DNA of 64,000 nt from a virus (lineage: Duplodnaviria; Caudoviricetes), in the IMG/VR virus record IMGVR_UViG_3300012122_000001, positions 1 to 64,000 of that record; one strand, written 5' to 3'. Position 1 is the stretch's first letter, and each line of letters begins with the position of its first letter. Shown here in pieces: positions 1 through 9,402 of this stretch. Under the pieces are notes generated by a model. It ran no database searches. It worked only from the letters and a program-made list of their open reading frames with translations, and had not been told where the DNA came from. The translations under genes were made by a program, and so were the position numbers.

Positions 1-370
1 AGACGTCGTTCCGCTCCATCCAGCGGTTGAGCACTCGACTGGATGCCGGGGTCCTCCTGAAGAGAACCGAATCCAAAGACACCCACCCGATTCCGTTGAA
101 CGGTCCCGCGACGGCAGGCTTTGCGCCGATGCGATCGACGAACGCCGCGACGTCCCAGGACGTGTCCTGCATGACCGGATAGACGCGGGCGGAGTTCACC
201 CGGCCTCCTGGAGCGACGAAGAGAAACCCCTCCTTCTCCCCCTCGAAGCTGTTCATCGCCCGGAAGATCGCCCTGGCGACCGACGTCCGGCGCGTGTCCT
301 GGAAGAGGGTGAAGCCCTTCACGTTTCCGATGAGCGGCGACTTCTTTCCCTTGAACGAGACGATGATCAT
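1..370 (-). CDS. hypothetical protein, partial (runs off left edge)
   Basis: Manual translation MIIVSFKGKKSPLIG... is open to position 1; ATG overlaps the stop of the upstream gene (ATGA). Confidence 0.6.
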   Translation of the reverse strand, partial: MIIVSFKGKKSPLIGNVKGFTLFQDTRRTSVARAIFRAMNSFEGEKEGFLFVAPGGRVNSARVYPVMQDTSWDVAAFVDRIGAKPAVAGPFNGIGWVSLDSVLFRRTPASSRVLNRWMERNDV

Positions 371-783
371 CTCCGGGCCCTCTTCTTCTTCTTTCCGTTC
401 GACTGGACGTGATGCACCCCGTTCGTCGGCTTCACTTCGGGGACCTCTTTCTTGACGATCACCCGACTCAGTCGGGCGCCCTCGCACTTCGCCTCGTGGA
501 GAACGGAGCAGGCGGGTCCGCCGTCGTGGCCGTAGCTCTGGTGGACCAGGGCGAGGCAGGCCGGGCATCTCGAGATCCCCGGCTTCTGGCACTCGGTGCA
601 GAAGGAGATCCTTGACGGCATGACGCACGGCTCGACCTTGACCTTGACGTCGATGACCGTCGGAGGGTCGATCGTTTTCCCGCGCTTGACGCAGGACTCG
701 TGAGCGAGACACATCTTCTCGTCGGAAACCATCGACTCTCCGGGCTGGATGTCCTGCTCGCAGAGCGAGCACTTGAACGACAT
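367..783 (-). CDS. Cys/His-rich zinc-finger-like protein with basic tail
   Basis: CxxC...HxxC twice, ends KKKKRARR; start moved to MSFKC at 783, coupled to the upstream stop. Confidence 0.65.
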   Translation of the reverse strand: MSFKCSLCEQDIQPGESMVSDEKMCLAHESCVKRGKTIDPPTVIDVKVKVEPCVMPSRISFCTECQKPGISRCPACLALVHQSYGHDGGPACSVLHEAKCEGARLSRVIVKKEVPEVKPTNGVHHVQSNGKKKKRARR

Positions 784-1109
784 TAGGGGCTCCTTCCTTC
801 TTCCATTTCCGAAAGCCGCGCGTCGATGAACGGCAGAAGATCCGAGACCTTCTTGACGCGATCGCCATCGATCCGCTCCTCCACGCCCAACTCCGAGGCG
901 AGGTGCAGAACTTTCCCGGCGATCGGGAACTGCGGGGAGTTCATCGAGTCGTACGGCCACCCGGTCAGGCGACCGTTGAGCTCGAGATCCTCCAGGATCC
1001 ACTTGCAGCAGGGAGCGCACCCAGGGGAGTTTTCGTCGACCGGGATCCGGCCCCTCAGGAACGCCTTGAGAACCTGGGACTGCTCCACCTTCTTCAGAAT
1101 TTCTTCCAT
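783..1109 (-). CDS. hypothetical protein
   Basis: 108-aa ORF with normal composition, co-oriented in operon. Confidence 0.6.
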   Translation of the reverse strand: MEEILKKVEQSQVLKAFLRGRIPVDENSPGCAPCCKWILEDLELNGRLTGWPYDSMNSPQFPIAGKVLHLASELGVEERIDGDRVKKVSDLLPFIDARLSEMEEGRSP

Positions 1110-1149
1110 GTCTCTCTCCGTAAATTTTCCAACGTGTACACGATCACTT

Positions 1150-1386
1150 TTACAGATCGCATTCTACGTCGTACTGATTGCACATCCTCCTGACGATTTC
1201 GATCTGGCCCTGGGAGAGCGCGCGCTTCTCCTGGCGTAGCTGATTCATCACGCCCTGAAGGAAGTCTGCTTCCCAGGGCGTCACGTCGACGTCCATGTCG
1301 TCGAGCTCCTTGATCGTCTCGAGCTGGCTCTCGATGATCTTCTCGACGGCCTTCTCGACGTCGTCGAAGTCGCTGTACTCGGTCAC
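1150..1386 (-). CDS. hypothetical acidic protein
   Basis: 78-aa ORF overlapping upstream stop. Confidence 0.6.
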   Translation of the reverse strand: MTEYSDFDDVEKAVEKIIESQLETIKELDDMDVDVTPWEADFLQGVMNQLRQEKRALSQGQIEIVRRMCNQYDVECDL

Positions 1387-1607
1387 TTGGGTTCAGCCTT
1401 TCTTCTCTCGAGCTCTTCGACCATCAGTCGCACATCTTCCTTGTTTGACCGGACCGCCTCTCGGAGCTCGACGTGCTTGTCCGACGGAACTCCTCGGAGC
1501 AGTTGCTCGCTGTCGTGAATCAGCTTGTTCGTCACCCGGATCTCCTCGACGAGCCATTTCATCGAGACGACCTTGAGAACTTCCCTGATGCCGTCGCCGT
1601 AGCTCAT
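1383..1607 (-). CDS. hypothetical coiled-coil protein
   Basis: MSYGDG... start within ORF 1383..1937; ATGA coupling to 1604..2056. Confidence 0.55.
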   Translation of the reverse strand: MSYGDGIREVLKVVSMKWLVEEIRVTNKLIHDSEQLLRGVPSDKHVELREAVRSNKEDVRLMVEELERRKAEPK

Positions 1608-2056
1608 AGTCCGACCTGTTGGATCTTGACGACCGCCGCGACCGCCTCGGCGTGAACGTCGGTCCCTTCGAGCGCCGCGAGGTCGAGGATCGTCTGAAGG
1701 CAGGTCCCGTTCCTGCCGACCCGGATCGGCACCGGGGCCCCAGGCACCGACCTCAGGATCGTCAGCTCGGAGGCGTCGAGCTGGGCCTGATCCATGCACT
1801 CCAGGACCAGGAAGCCCTCGCAGCCGGACAGGTTGTGCGGGTACTTCCCGCCGTAGTACTCCTTCACGAGGCCCAGCCACTTCTTCTTCACGAGGCAGAA
1901 GTCGTTCGGCGCCGGGCAAGGGCAGATCCCGGCCCACTGCGAGACGCAGCGGACGTTCTCACGCCAGAGCCGCCCCAGGACCGCGGCGCCCTTGGTAAGG
2001 CGCGGGGGAAGCCCTGCACGCTTCCTGGCGGCGATGGTCTCCTGGATTGAAGCCAT
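1604..2056 (-). CDS. hypothetical protein
   Basis: 150-aa ORF with GGAGACGAGG-type RBS. Confidence 0.6.
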   Translation of the reverse strand: MASIQETIAARKRAGLPPRLTKGAAVLGRLWRENVRCVSQWAGICPCPAPNDFCLVKKKWLGLVKEYYGGKYPHNLSGCEGFLVLECMDQAQLDASELTILRSVPGAPVPIRVGRNGTCLQTILDLAALEGTDVHAEAVAAVVKIQQVGL

Positions 2057-2069
2057 TTTCCTCGTCTCC

Positions 2070-2235
2070 GATTTAAAGGACAGTTAGGACAGTTGGACAG
2101 TTATTTGGTTAAACAGCCCACGCGCGCGCGCGCGCGCGCGTGAAGGTGATGAATCGGGAAATCTGTCCAACTGTCCTAAAAACTGCATTTCCTGCGAAAT
2201 TTTCAAGTTTTGGCATCACAACTGTCCTTTAAATC
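2070..2235. repeat. putative replication origin: nested inverted repeats, GGACAGTT iterons, (CG)10 core
   Basis: 16-bp perfect IR 2070-2085/2220-2235; GGACAGTT x3 (2078, 2087, 2095) with inverted copies at 2169 and 2220; 24-bp palindrome CA(CG)10TG at 2119-2142; directly downstream of primase-helicase. Confidence 0.65.
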
Positions 2236-4522
2236 AGAACTCGTTTTCCCTGGAAAGCTTGACGCTGGACTGCTGGAGGCCGATTCCGAAGCGCCATTTG
2301 TGCCCGCCGGACTTCTCGACCTTGTATCCCAGGTCGGTCAGACGGCGCCCGAACGCCGTCCCGGACATGGGTTCGTCGCTGCCGATCTCCCGTCGATGCC
2401 ACTCGACGTAGGCCTCGTAGAGGTCGGACGCCTTGCACCGGAGCTCGTTCATCAGGACGCAGCAGTCGGAGAAGAAGCGGCCGACGACGTCGGCGTCGGT
2501 CCGGTACTCCGCGGTCGCGGAGAGTACCTCGGTGGGGTCCTGGAGGCCTCCCTCGCGCCAGAGCTTCGCGCCTTCGACGGCCCAGGCCAGGATCCCGGAC
2601 GCCTCGCCCATCAGCTTGTCCATGAGCGTGTGGTCCATCTTGTCGGGGCCGATGACGACGGAGAACGGGATCAGGCGCACGCGGCGCCAGATTCCGAAGT
2701 CCATCCCCTTGATCTCCGGCTTGTTGTTCGTCGCCATGAAGATCTTCCAGGTCGGCTTGAGCGTCCAGAAGTCCTCGCGCATCCTGCGGACCTTGAGCTC
2801 GTCGCCGCCGGTTAACTGCTTGACGAAGTTCTCGGCGAGACGTCGGCCGTCCTCGACCTCGATCGTCGTCACGAACCGCTTTCCGGCGAGATCGGCGCGC
2901 TCAGTCGGGTGGGCCGACTGGGTCCTGGTCATCACAAGGTCCGGAGCGGCTTCTGCGGCATAGTCGGCGCCGATCACGTTCCGGAGCGCACCCAGGAACG
3001 TCGACTTCCCGTTCGCGCCTTTGCCGTAGGCGATCGGTAGGATGTGCTCCCGGACGATGCCGGTCAGAGAGTATCCGGCCAGCCGCTGGAGGTAGCCGAC
3101 CAAGCTTTCGTTGTCGGCCATGATCTCGTGGAGGAACGCCTGCCACCTGGGGGCTTTGGCGTTCGGATCGTACGAGGTGGGACTGAGCTTCGTGTGGAGA
3201 TTCTCGCGACGATGCTCCTCGAAGGATCCATCCTTCAGGTTGATCGTCCCGTTCATGCAGTTGAAGGTCCAGGGATCGCCGTCGAACTGCTCGGGCTCGA
3301 CTGCCCGCATGTGCTGGGCGACCCGGAGTGTGGCGCTGATCCGCTCGGACTTCTGGCGCTTCTCTCCGGCGTTGACGGCGATCTCGACGGACCGGCCGAA
3401 CGCAGAGCCGACGCGGTCGGGAACCCAGCGACGACCGTCCCAGACGATCCACTTCCTCCAAGGCTCGCAGAAGACGAAGTCTTTTCCGAAGTGGGAGACG
3501 AACTGGTTCGCCGCGTCGACGTCGGTGACGGTCGTCGGCTCGTCGCCTTCCTTTTTCTTCTTCAGCTTCTGTCCGAAGCCCTGGTCGAGCAGATCCTTGG
3601 CGGACTTCTTGAAGTCGCCGTTGTACTTCAGGAACGTGATCGCCGCCCACTTCGAGTAGGTCGAGTCCGGCTCGAAGGGCGTGGCGTTCGAGCTGAAGAC
3701 GTGCAGGTTGTCGCCGCAGAAGCCGACGGAGGCGGAGTGGCCCTCGTCGGTCTTCCCAGGCCTTTTCCAATAGACGATCGGGCCGTCGATCTTCGCCTTC
3801 CGCCATCCGTACGGCTCGAGAACCGCCTCCCAGGTGGCGCGGGCGTTGAAGTCGTCGCCTGGGGCGGTCTCGCCCGAGGCGCTCGGGTTTCCTTTTTCGC
3901 CTGGGCCGATGATCTTCTTCGGCGCCTTGTTGAAGGACTTCGCCGTCTCGATCAGCGTCGTCCGCTCGTCGTCGGTGATCGTCGGCACCTCCGTCAGGAG
4001 CGGACCATCGGCGTGGACGTAGGCCTTCTCGAGCGGATGGCATTTCGGATGGCTGGGGGGCGCGAGAACGTAGCCGCCTTCGCCGCGGGTCTCGATCAGG
4101 ACGTGCTTGTCCTCGGCGATCGCGAGCTTTTGATTGTGCTCGATCTTCGGAGCCCTGTAGTAGAAGTGAGCTCCGCCCTTCGGCGTCGCGATGCGCGGCA
4201 GGCGCGCGACGAGATCCGGCCGGACCCCGTTGACCGCCTGGATCCAGGGGTCGATCAGGGAGGGATCGTCGAAGTCGATCATCTCCAGGTTGCCGGAGAC
4301 CGCTCCGCCGATGATGGCGAGGCCGATCGGCTTGTCCGTGGAGAACCACTGGGCGAGCTCGTACGGGATAGCCTTGCGCTTCTCGTACTGCTTCCAGGTG
4401 CAGGCGGGAGCCTTCGAGCCGTCTGCCCGTACAGGAATTACGGACAGACCGGCGGCGACGTAGGCTTGCGCTGCTGCGAGTATGTATTCCGGAGACGCGG
4501 TCTCCGGTGCCTTGTCCGGCAT
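2234..4522 (-). CDS. bifunctional primase-polymerase (Prim-Pol) fused to D5/P4-type SF3 helicase
   Basis: N-terminal LSVIPV..DGSKAP, IDFD, TPKGGAHFYY, ETRGEGGYVLAPPS; D5_N-like WIVWDGRRW; Walker A GKGANGKST; KQLTGGD; MATNNKP; WRRVRLIPF. Confidence 0.92.
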   Translation of the reverse strand: MPDKAPETASPEYILAAAQAYVAAGLSVIPVRADGSKAPACTWKQYEKRKAIPYELAQWFSTDKPIGLAIIGGAVSGNLEMIDFDDPSLIDPWIQAVNGVRPDLVARLPRIATPKGGAHFYYRAPKIEHNQKLAIAEDKHVLIETRGEGGYVLAPPSHPKCHPLEKAYVHADGPLLTEVPTITDDERTTLIETAKSFNKAPKKIIGPGEKGNPSASGETAPGDDFNARATWEAVLEPYGWRKAKIDGPIVYWKRPGKTDEGHSASVGFCGDNLHVFSSNATPFEPDSTYSKWAAITFLKYNGDFKKSAKDLLDQGFGQKLKKKKEGDEPTTVTDVDAANQFVSHFGKDFVFCEPWRKWIVWDGRRWVPDRVGSAFGRSVEIAVNAGEKRQKSERISATLRVAQHMRAVEPEQFDGDPWTFNCMNGTINLKDGSFEEHRRENLHTKLSPTSYDPNAKAPRWQAFLHEIMADNESLVGYLQRLAGYSLTGIVREHILPIAYGKGANGKSTFLGALRNVIGADYAAEAAPDLVMTRTQSAHPTERADLAGKRFVTTIEVEDGRRLAENFVKQLTGGDELKVRRMREDFWTLKPTWKIFMATNNKPEIKGMDFGIWRRVRLIPFSVVIGPDKMDHTLMDKLMGEASGILAWAVEGAKLWREGGLQDPTEVLSATAEYRTDADVVGRFFSDCCVLMNELRCKASDLYEAYVEWHRREIGSDEPMSGTAFGRRLTDLGYKVEKSGGHKWRFGIGLQQSSVKLSRENEF

Positions 4523-4574
4523 TCAGACCCTCTCTCGACCTCTACCCATCCCCAATCCGTGCCCATCTAGTCGG

Positions 4575-4661
4575 TTCTCTCTATCGCTGTCGTCCGGGGG
4601 AGGAAACCCCGAACGACAGCAGAGAGAGAAGAGGGAGGGGCGGTCACACACCCCTGCCCTC
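4575..4661. other. two intergenic stem-loops between SSB-like and primase genes
   Basis: GCTGTCGT/ACGACAGC, CGGGG/CCCCG and TTCTCTCT/AGAGAGAA stems, then GAGGG-AGGGG/CCCCT-GCCCTC; no U-tract. Confidence 0.45.
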
Positions 4662-4672
4662 ATTGGAGGAAC

Positions 4673-5356
4673 TTAGAAGTCGACGTTCTTCCCGGCACCG
4701 GCCGCCGCGCCCTTCGCGGGGGCGCCCTTCGCGGGGGTGGTGCTCTTCTTCGGGTCGACCGGAGGAGTCGTGGCCTTCTTAGTCTCGTCCTTCGAGGACG
4801 CGCCCTTCTTCGGATCCGTCGGGGTGGCGGCGCCGTGCGGGTTCGGAGCGCCCTCTTCGACGGGCGGCGCCCAGGGATTGATGAAGGAGATCCGGCTGTT
4901 CACGCGGCCCTGGTACGTCTCGTCCTTGACCACGCCTTCGAACGTCAGACCGGCCCAGGAGGTCGAGACCAGGAGCTGGCTCAACTTCTCTTCCGGTCCG
5001 ATGTGGCGGCCGAGGATCGTCCCCAGGTCGCGCTTCATGTAGGCGAGGTTGTCCTTCGTGCCCCAGAAGACGCGCTCGAGAACGGCGCCCTTCGTGATGT
5101 GGGGCTCGCCGGTCTTGGGGTTCAGGACGGTCTCGGGCTCCAGGATCTCGCAGAAGAGCTTGAAGCCCTTCGAGCCGGAGTTCGCGACGAAGATCTCGTG
5201 GTCGGCGACGACGGTCTCGACGCCCTTCTTGATCTCCTTCGTCGTGCAGACGAACTTGTAGGTCGACTCCGGGACACGTCCGGGCGTCGGGATGTCGGCC
5301 GCGTCGGCCTTCTGGAAATCCTCGTCGAAGTCGGAAAACGGATTCGGGGTCGTCAT
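4673..5356 (-). CDS. single-stranded DNA-binding-like protein (DUF669-like)
   Basis: Position between Sak4-like ATPase and primase, OB-like core (GTYKF/EIL/ERVFW pattern), low-complexity tail ending in acidic-aromatic NVDF. Confidence 0.6.
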   Translation of the reverse strand: MTTPNPFSDFDEDFQKADAADIPTPGRVPESTYKFVCTTKEIKKGVETVVADHEIFVANSGSKGFKLFCEILEPETVLNPKTGEPHITKGAVLERVFWGTKDNLAYMKRDLGTILGRHIGPEEKLSQLLVSTSWAGLTFEGVVKDETYQGRVNSRISFINPWAPPVEEGAPNPHGAATPTDPKKGASSKDETKKATTPPVDPKKSTTPAKGAPAKGAAAGAGKNVDF

Positions 5357-5451
5357 GGTCTCTCCTTCTTTTCCAAAATAGTCACAGGAAACAAGCACCC
5401 TCTCGATCCAGAGCCATCGTCATCAACTTTTACCCCGGTCGGCGACGCGCT

Positions 5452-6765
5452 CTACTTCGAGTACGCGAGTACGTTTGCTCTCACCTCCTCTTCAGTCACT
5501 CCCACGGGCGTCGCGACGTAGACGGTCCCCTGACCGTCTCGATCCAGGAACGCGCGTCCCGCCAGCACCTTGCTGAACTCCCCATCGAGGAACTCCACCT
5601 GGGGCTTCCGGAGCTCCTTGGTCGATCCGACGTTGTATGTGCATCCGATCAGAGACTTCCCGTCCTTGCCGCTGAAGAACGGGTGGATGTGGCCGTTGGC
5701 AGAACAGTCCTGCTTCCGACACTTCTTCGCGTCGTCGGGCCACCGCATCGCGGTCGCCTTCTCCATCAGGGAGGCGAGCTCTTCCGGCGTGGCCGCGGGC
5801 TGGTCCGGCGTGATCGGGACGACTCCGAAGAACTTCCTGAGGTCTTCGCAGTTCTCCTCCGGCGTCCCAGGCTTGAGGTCGATCGGAGGATCGTCCGGAG
5901 CGCCTGGGGCCGTCGCCAGATCTGCGGCAGCCTGGGCGAGCTCGGCCGCCTTCTCGGCGACCGACTCCACGGTCGGCGGCGCCGCCGGATCCGGCACGTC
6001 CGGGACCACGAGCGGCTCGACCTCCGACGGCGGCGGCGCGTCCGGAGCGTCGAGCATCTGGGTGACGTGCGGCTCGAAGAGCTCCGCGAAGGCGCGCTTG
6101 CCCGTGATGTCGTGGACCGAGTACTTCGGCATCCAGTTGAAGCGCGTCTTGGTGCAGGTCAGAAGGAACTTCGACGACTTGTCCTTCTTGTTCTCCTCGG
6201 TGTGGCAGCGGAAGACGAGGTCGAACAGATACTCCGTCTGCTTGTCCCACTCCGGCAGGTACTCGCCGGTCTTCTTCCGGACTTCCTCGCCGCGTTTGTT
6301 GAGGATCTCCTCGTACTGCTCCTTCTCGCGGAAGGACAGGATGACGTGCATCGGGAGCTCGACGAGCTGATTCAGGAAAGCGGCCCAGCGTCGCTTCTGG
6401 ACGCCCCAGTCGCCGGGCGACATGATCTCGTTGCCGCGCTTGTTCCTGATGTAGTCGACGATGTCCTGGATCAGGTCCAGGTAGAAGATCGTCGTCGAGT
6501 CGATCGCCAGCGTCTCGTACACCCCCGGATGGGCGCGGAGCCAGGACAGCACTCCGTCGAGGTGGCGCCAGCGGTTCAGCGCCTTGGACTTGAAGTCGTA
6601 CTTCCCGCGGTACGGCAGCGTTCCCTTCTCCGTGTCGATGACGCAGACTTTCGGGAACGACAGCAGGACTCTCGTTTTCCCGACGCCGCCTCCGCCGGAC
6701 AGCGCGAGCTTGAGGTACTGCTTCTGGGCTTTGGGATCTTCGAACGGGTCAAATGATGACGCCAC
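5452..6765 (-). CDS. AAA_24 / Sak4-like ssDNA-annealing ATPase
   Basis: LKLALSGGGGVGKT Walker A, VIDTEKG, LAIDSTT, EYLFDLVFR; Pro-rich linker and C-terminal extension. Confidence 0.8.
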   Translation of the reverse strand: MASSFDPFEDPKAQKQYLKLALSGGGGVGKTRVLLSFPKVCVIDTEKGTLPYRGKYDFKSKALNRWRHLDGVLSWLRAHPGVYETLAIDSTTIFYLDLIQDIVDYIRNKRGNEIMSPGDWGVQKRRWAAFLNQLVELPMHVILSFREKEQYEEILNKRGEEVRKKTGEYLPEWDKQTEYLFDLVFRCHTEENKKDKSSKFLLTCTKTRFNWMPKYSVHDITGKRAFAELFEPHVTQMLDAPDAPPPSEVEPLVVPDVPDPAAPPTVESVAEKAAELAQAAADLATAPGAPDDPPIDLKPGTPEENCEDLRKFFGVVPITPDQPAATPEELASLMEKATAMRWPDDAKKCRKQDCSANGHIHPFFSGKDGKSLIGCTYNVGSTKELRKPQVEFLDGEFSKVLAGRAFLDRDGQGTVYVATPVGVTEEEVRANVLAYSK

Positions 6766-6793
6766 TGTTCCTCCTTCTTCTTCTCTACCGACC

Positions 6794-7015
6794 CTACTTC
6801 TCCTCTTGATTCTTCCTCGCTGATGTGTCGGATTCGGTCACACCTCCCTTCGAAATTCCGTCGGAAAATTTCGTCCCGCAGGGAATGCACGTCCCGCCGA
6901 TGACCTCGACAATGACCTTGTGCAGGCCGGGCGCCAGGGCCTCGGCGCCCTGGACGTCGATCGGCCTGGGACTCTTGCACCAGTGGCACAGGACCATGAT
7001 CAAGGTCGTCGTCAC
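6794..7015 (-). CDS. small zinc-ribbon protein
   Basis: CHWC...CIPC; GTG start overlapping upstream TGA. Confidence 0.55.
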   Translation of the reverse strand: MTTTLIMVLCHWCKSPRPIDVQGAEALAPGLHKVIVEVIGGTCIPCGTKFSDGISKGGVTESDTSARKNQEEK

Positions 7016-7311
7016 GCGACCACCTTGTCGAAACCGTGCTCGAGATCCATCTTCTTGGCCTGCTTCGTCGCGATCGCGATCGCCTCGGCGTAGGCAGCGG
7101 CGACCTCGGGAGTGCATTCTCCGATCGAGTACCAGGAGATCGTGGCGCGCCTCCAGTGGTAGTTGTGGTCTTCGAAGGAGAGATCCTGGTCGCAGTACGC
7201 CGTCACCTTCGGTTGAAAGCCGCGCTTCGTGTTCTCCTGGTCGAACACCGGGTCGATGCGGAGGACCCAGTAACGGTCCCTCCGCTCCTCCCGGATCTCG
7301 ATGCGGCTCAT
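7012..7311 (-). CDS. hypothetical protein
   Basis: MSRIEIREE... ATGA coupled to helicase stop. Confidence 0.6.
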   Translation of the reverse strand: MSRIEIREERRDRYWVLRIDPVFDQENTKRGFQPKVTAYCDQDLSFEDHNYHWRRATISWYSIGECTPEVAAAYAEAIAIATKQAKKMDLEHGFDKVVA

Positions 7312-9095
7312 CGCCGCACCTCTTTGGGGGCGCCGGGCTTCAGCGCCTCGTGGAACCAGTCGGGCAGCATCCGGGCCGACTTCCAGACGAACGACTCGAA
7401 CCCGGCGTCGAGGATGTAGGTCGTCGCCCAGTCGTCCTTCGAACGCACCGACCGGCCGTAGGACTGGACGATCTTGAGCGCGCAGAGCCAGGAGTACCAC
7501 GCGGAGTCGCGATCCATGCGCTGCTTGATGACCCGGTCCTGCATGTTGGGCCAGGGCATCTTGGCGATCACCTGGAAGCGGGCGAGGTCGCCCTTGAGGT
7601 CCAGGCCCTCGTGCATGGCGGGCGCGACGATGACCGAGTCCCTCCGACGCGCGTGCTCGGCCAGCATCGCTTCCTTCGAGTCGAAGTGATCCTGGAAGAG
7701 CAGCCGGTCCGCGTGCGGCGGATCGATCTGATTGTAGAGGATCTTCGCGAGAGAGAACGAGTGGCAGTGGATGATCCCGCGCTGGGCGCGGTGGCGCTCC
7801 AGGATCTCGCCGACCTTCTTGACGAACTTCGGCTCGGTGGGATCCTTGGGGTTCTGCTCCTTCGTGAAGTACTTGAAGCCCATGTTGCCCGCGTAGTCCT
7901 TGAAGATGAGCCGGTTCTCGACCGGGAAGTCGCAGGCGGTCTTGACCAGCTCGACCTCTTCGAGGGGCAGCCCCAGGTTGCGCGCCCACACCTCGACGTC
8001 GAGGATGGTCGCGGACATGAACACGATGCGGTCCGCGTGCTTGAAGAGGAGGTCGTGGGCGAAGTCTTTCGCGTAGAGGGGGCGGGCGACGATCTTCTTC
8101 CGCTCCTCGCCGTTGCGCTTGTCGTTGTACTTCACGACCTCCAGGATCCACTCCGTCTTCTCCAGGAAGGCCATGAAGTTCGCCAGCTTGCCCTCCAGCT
8201 CCTTGAGCGCGTCGATCTCGGCCGCGGACAGGTCGTCGTCTCCGTCGCCGCCCTCGTCGCCTTCCAGATCCTTCAGCTTCCGCTGGACGATCTGGATGAG
8301 GTCGGTCTCCTCCAGCCACTGGAGGAACTCCTGCTTCGAGCGGATGTCGCGATCGATCCGGACGTCGACCAGGGCCAGCGTCCACTCCGAGAGCTCCAGC
8401 GTGACGTAGTTCATGAGCTGGGTCTCGCAGTTGTGCGCCTCGTCGATGATCATGAGCGAGCGGTGGCCGAAGCGGCCGATGCGCTGCTGGAAGAGGAAGC
8501 TCGAGAAGTTGAAGAGCGAGATCGAGGCGTCGTGGACCTTCTGAAGCTGCGCCCAGTACGGGCAGTGGTGGCAGCCGGAGGGGAGCGCGAGGCCGACCGC
8601 GGCCTGGAGGACCGAGATGCCCTGGGCGTTCGCGATGGGCTTCGCCTGGAAGTCGTCGACGCACTCGGAGAGGATGCCCTTGGACTTCCGGCGGCAGACG
8701 CCGTCGCCCGCGTCCTGCCCTTCCTCGGCGTCCGCGTGCGTGCAGGCGTAGTTCGACCGGCCCTTCAGCGTCTCGATGTCCGGCGCCGGGTAGTCGGTCG
8801 CGTACTGGTCCTGGAGGATCTTCTGCGAGGTCAGCATGAAGGTCGACTCGCCGACCGTCCGGAGCGCGTTCGCGACCGTCTTGCAGGCGTCGGTCTTGCC
8901 CGCGCCCGTGGGGAGCTCGCCGACCACGAACCGCTTCCCGGCGGCGAACGCGGCGGCGGCTTTCTCCAGGAAGTGGGTCTGCTGGGGGCGGGGGGTTTTG
9001 CCTGGGGTGAAGTGCGTGAGAAGCTGATCGCCCGTGAAGGCCCAAGGCTTCACATTTTTCTGGGGCACCGGGGGGACGACGTTCCTCGTGACCAC
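7308..9095 (-). CDS. DinG/Rad3/XPD-like SF2 helicase with Fe-S cysteines
   Basis: ELPTGAGKT, KGRSNYAC..C..C..CPY, IIDEAH, MSAT, GLDLKGD, QSYGRSVRSKDDWATTYILD; GTG start after AAGGAGG. Confidence 0.9.
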   Translation of the reverse strand: MVTRNVVPPVPQKNVKPWAFTGDQLLTHFTPGKTPRPQQTHFLEKAAAAFAAGKRFVVGELPTGAGKTDACKTVANALRTVGESTFMLTSQKILQDQYATDYPAPDIETLKGRSNYACTHADAEEGQDAGDGVCRRKSKGILSECVDDFQAKPIANAQGISVLQAAVGLALPSGCHHCPYWAQLQKVHDASISLFNFSSFLFQQRIGRFGHRSLMIIDEAHNCETQLMNYVTLELSEWTLALVDVRIDRDIRSKQEFLQWLEETDLIQIVQRKLKDLEGDEGGDGDDDLSAAEIDALKELEGKLANFMAFLEKTEWILEVVKYNDKRNGEERKKIVARPLYAKDFAHDLLFKHADRIVFMSATILDVEVWARNLGLPLEEVELVKTACDFPVENRLIFKDYAGNMGFKYFTKEQNPKDPTEPKFVKKVGEILERHRAQRGIIHCHSFSLAKILYNQIDPPHADRLLFQDHFDSKEAMLAEHARRRDSVIVAPAMHEGLDLKGDLARFQVIAKMPWPNMQDRVIKQRMDRDSAWYSWLCALKIVQSYGRSVRSKDDWATTYILDAGFESFVWKSARMLPDWFHEALKPGAPKEVRR

Positions 9096-9304
9096 GGGTT
9101 CCTCCTTCTTCTTCCTACCCGACCGCGCGGTTCCTCCGCCTCGCGGCCGGGCTGTCCCTAGAGTCGCTGGATCTGGACCGCCGTACGTCCGAGTACAGAC
9201 TGCGGCGACGTGAGCTTGTGAGGACCCCGGCCGCAAACGGAGCGGCGGCGGTCCATATCCAGAGACTCGGGTTCACTGCGCGCCGGGGTGGTCCTCACGC
9301 CTGT

Positions 9305-9332
9305 AGTATAGCCGGAGATAGAACGGATACAA
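9305..9332 (-). promoter_or_regulatory. sigma70-like promoter of replication operon
   Basis: TTGTAT-N16-TATACT on minus strand in AT-rich divergent intergenic region. Confidence 0.45.
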
Positions 9333-9367
9333 GGAAAAAGTGACGAAAAAAATAACGCCGATTTGCG

Positions 9368-9396
9368 TTGACCCAGGGGAGCCGCCTATCTATAAA
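9368..9396 (+). promoter_or_regulatory. sigma70-like promoter, probably leaderless transcript
   Basis: TTGACC-N17-TATAAA; ATG at 9403 lies 7 nt after -10, no SD. Confidence 0.55.
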
Positions 9397-9402
9397 TAGG
9401 GC

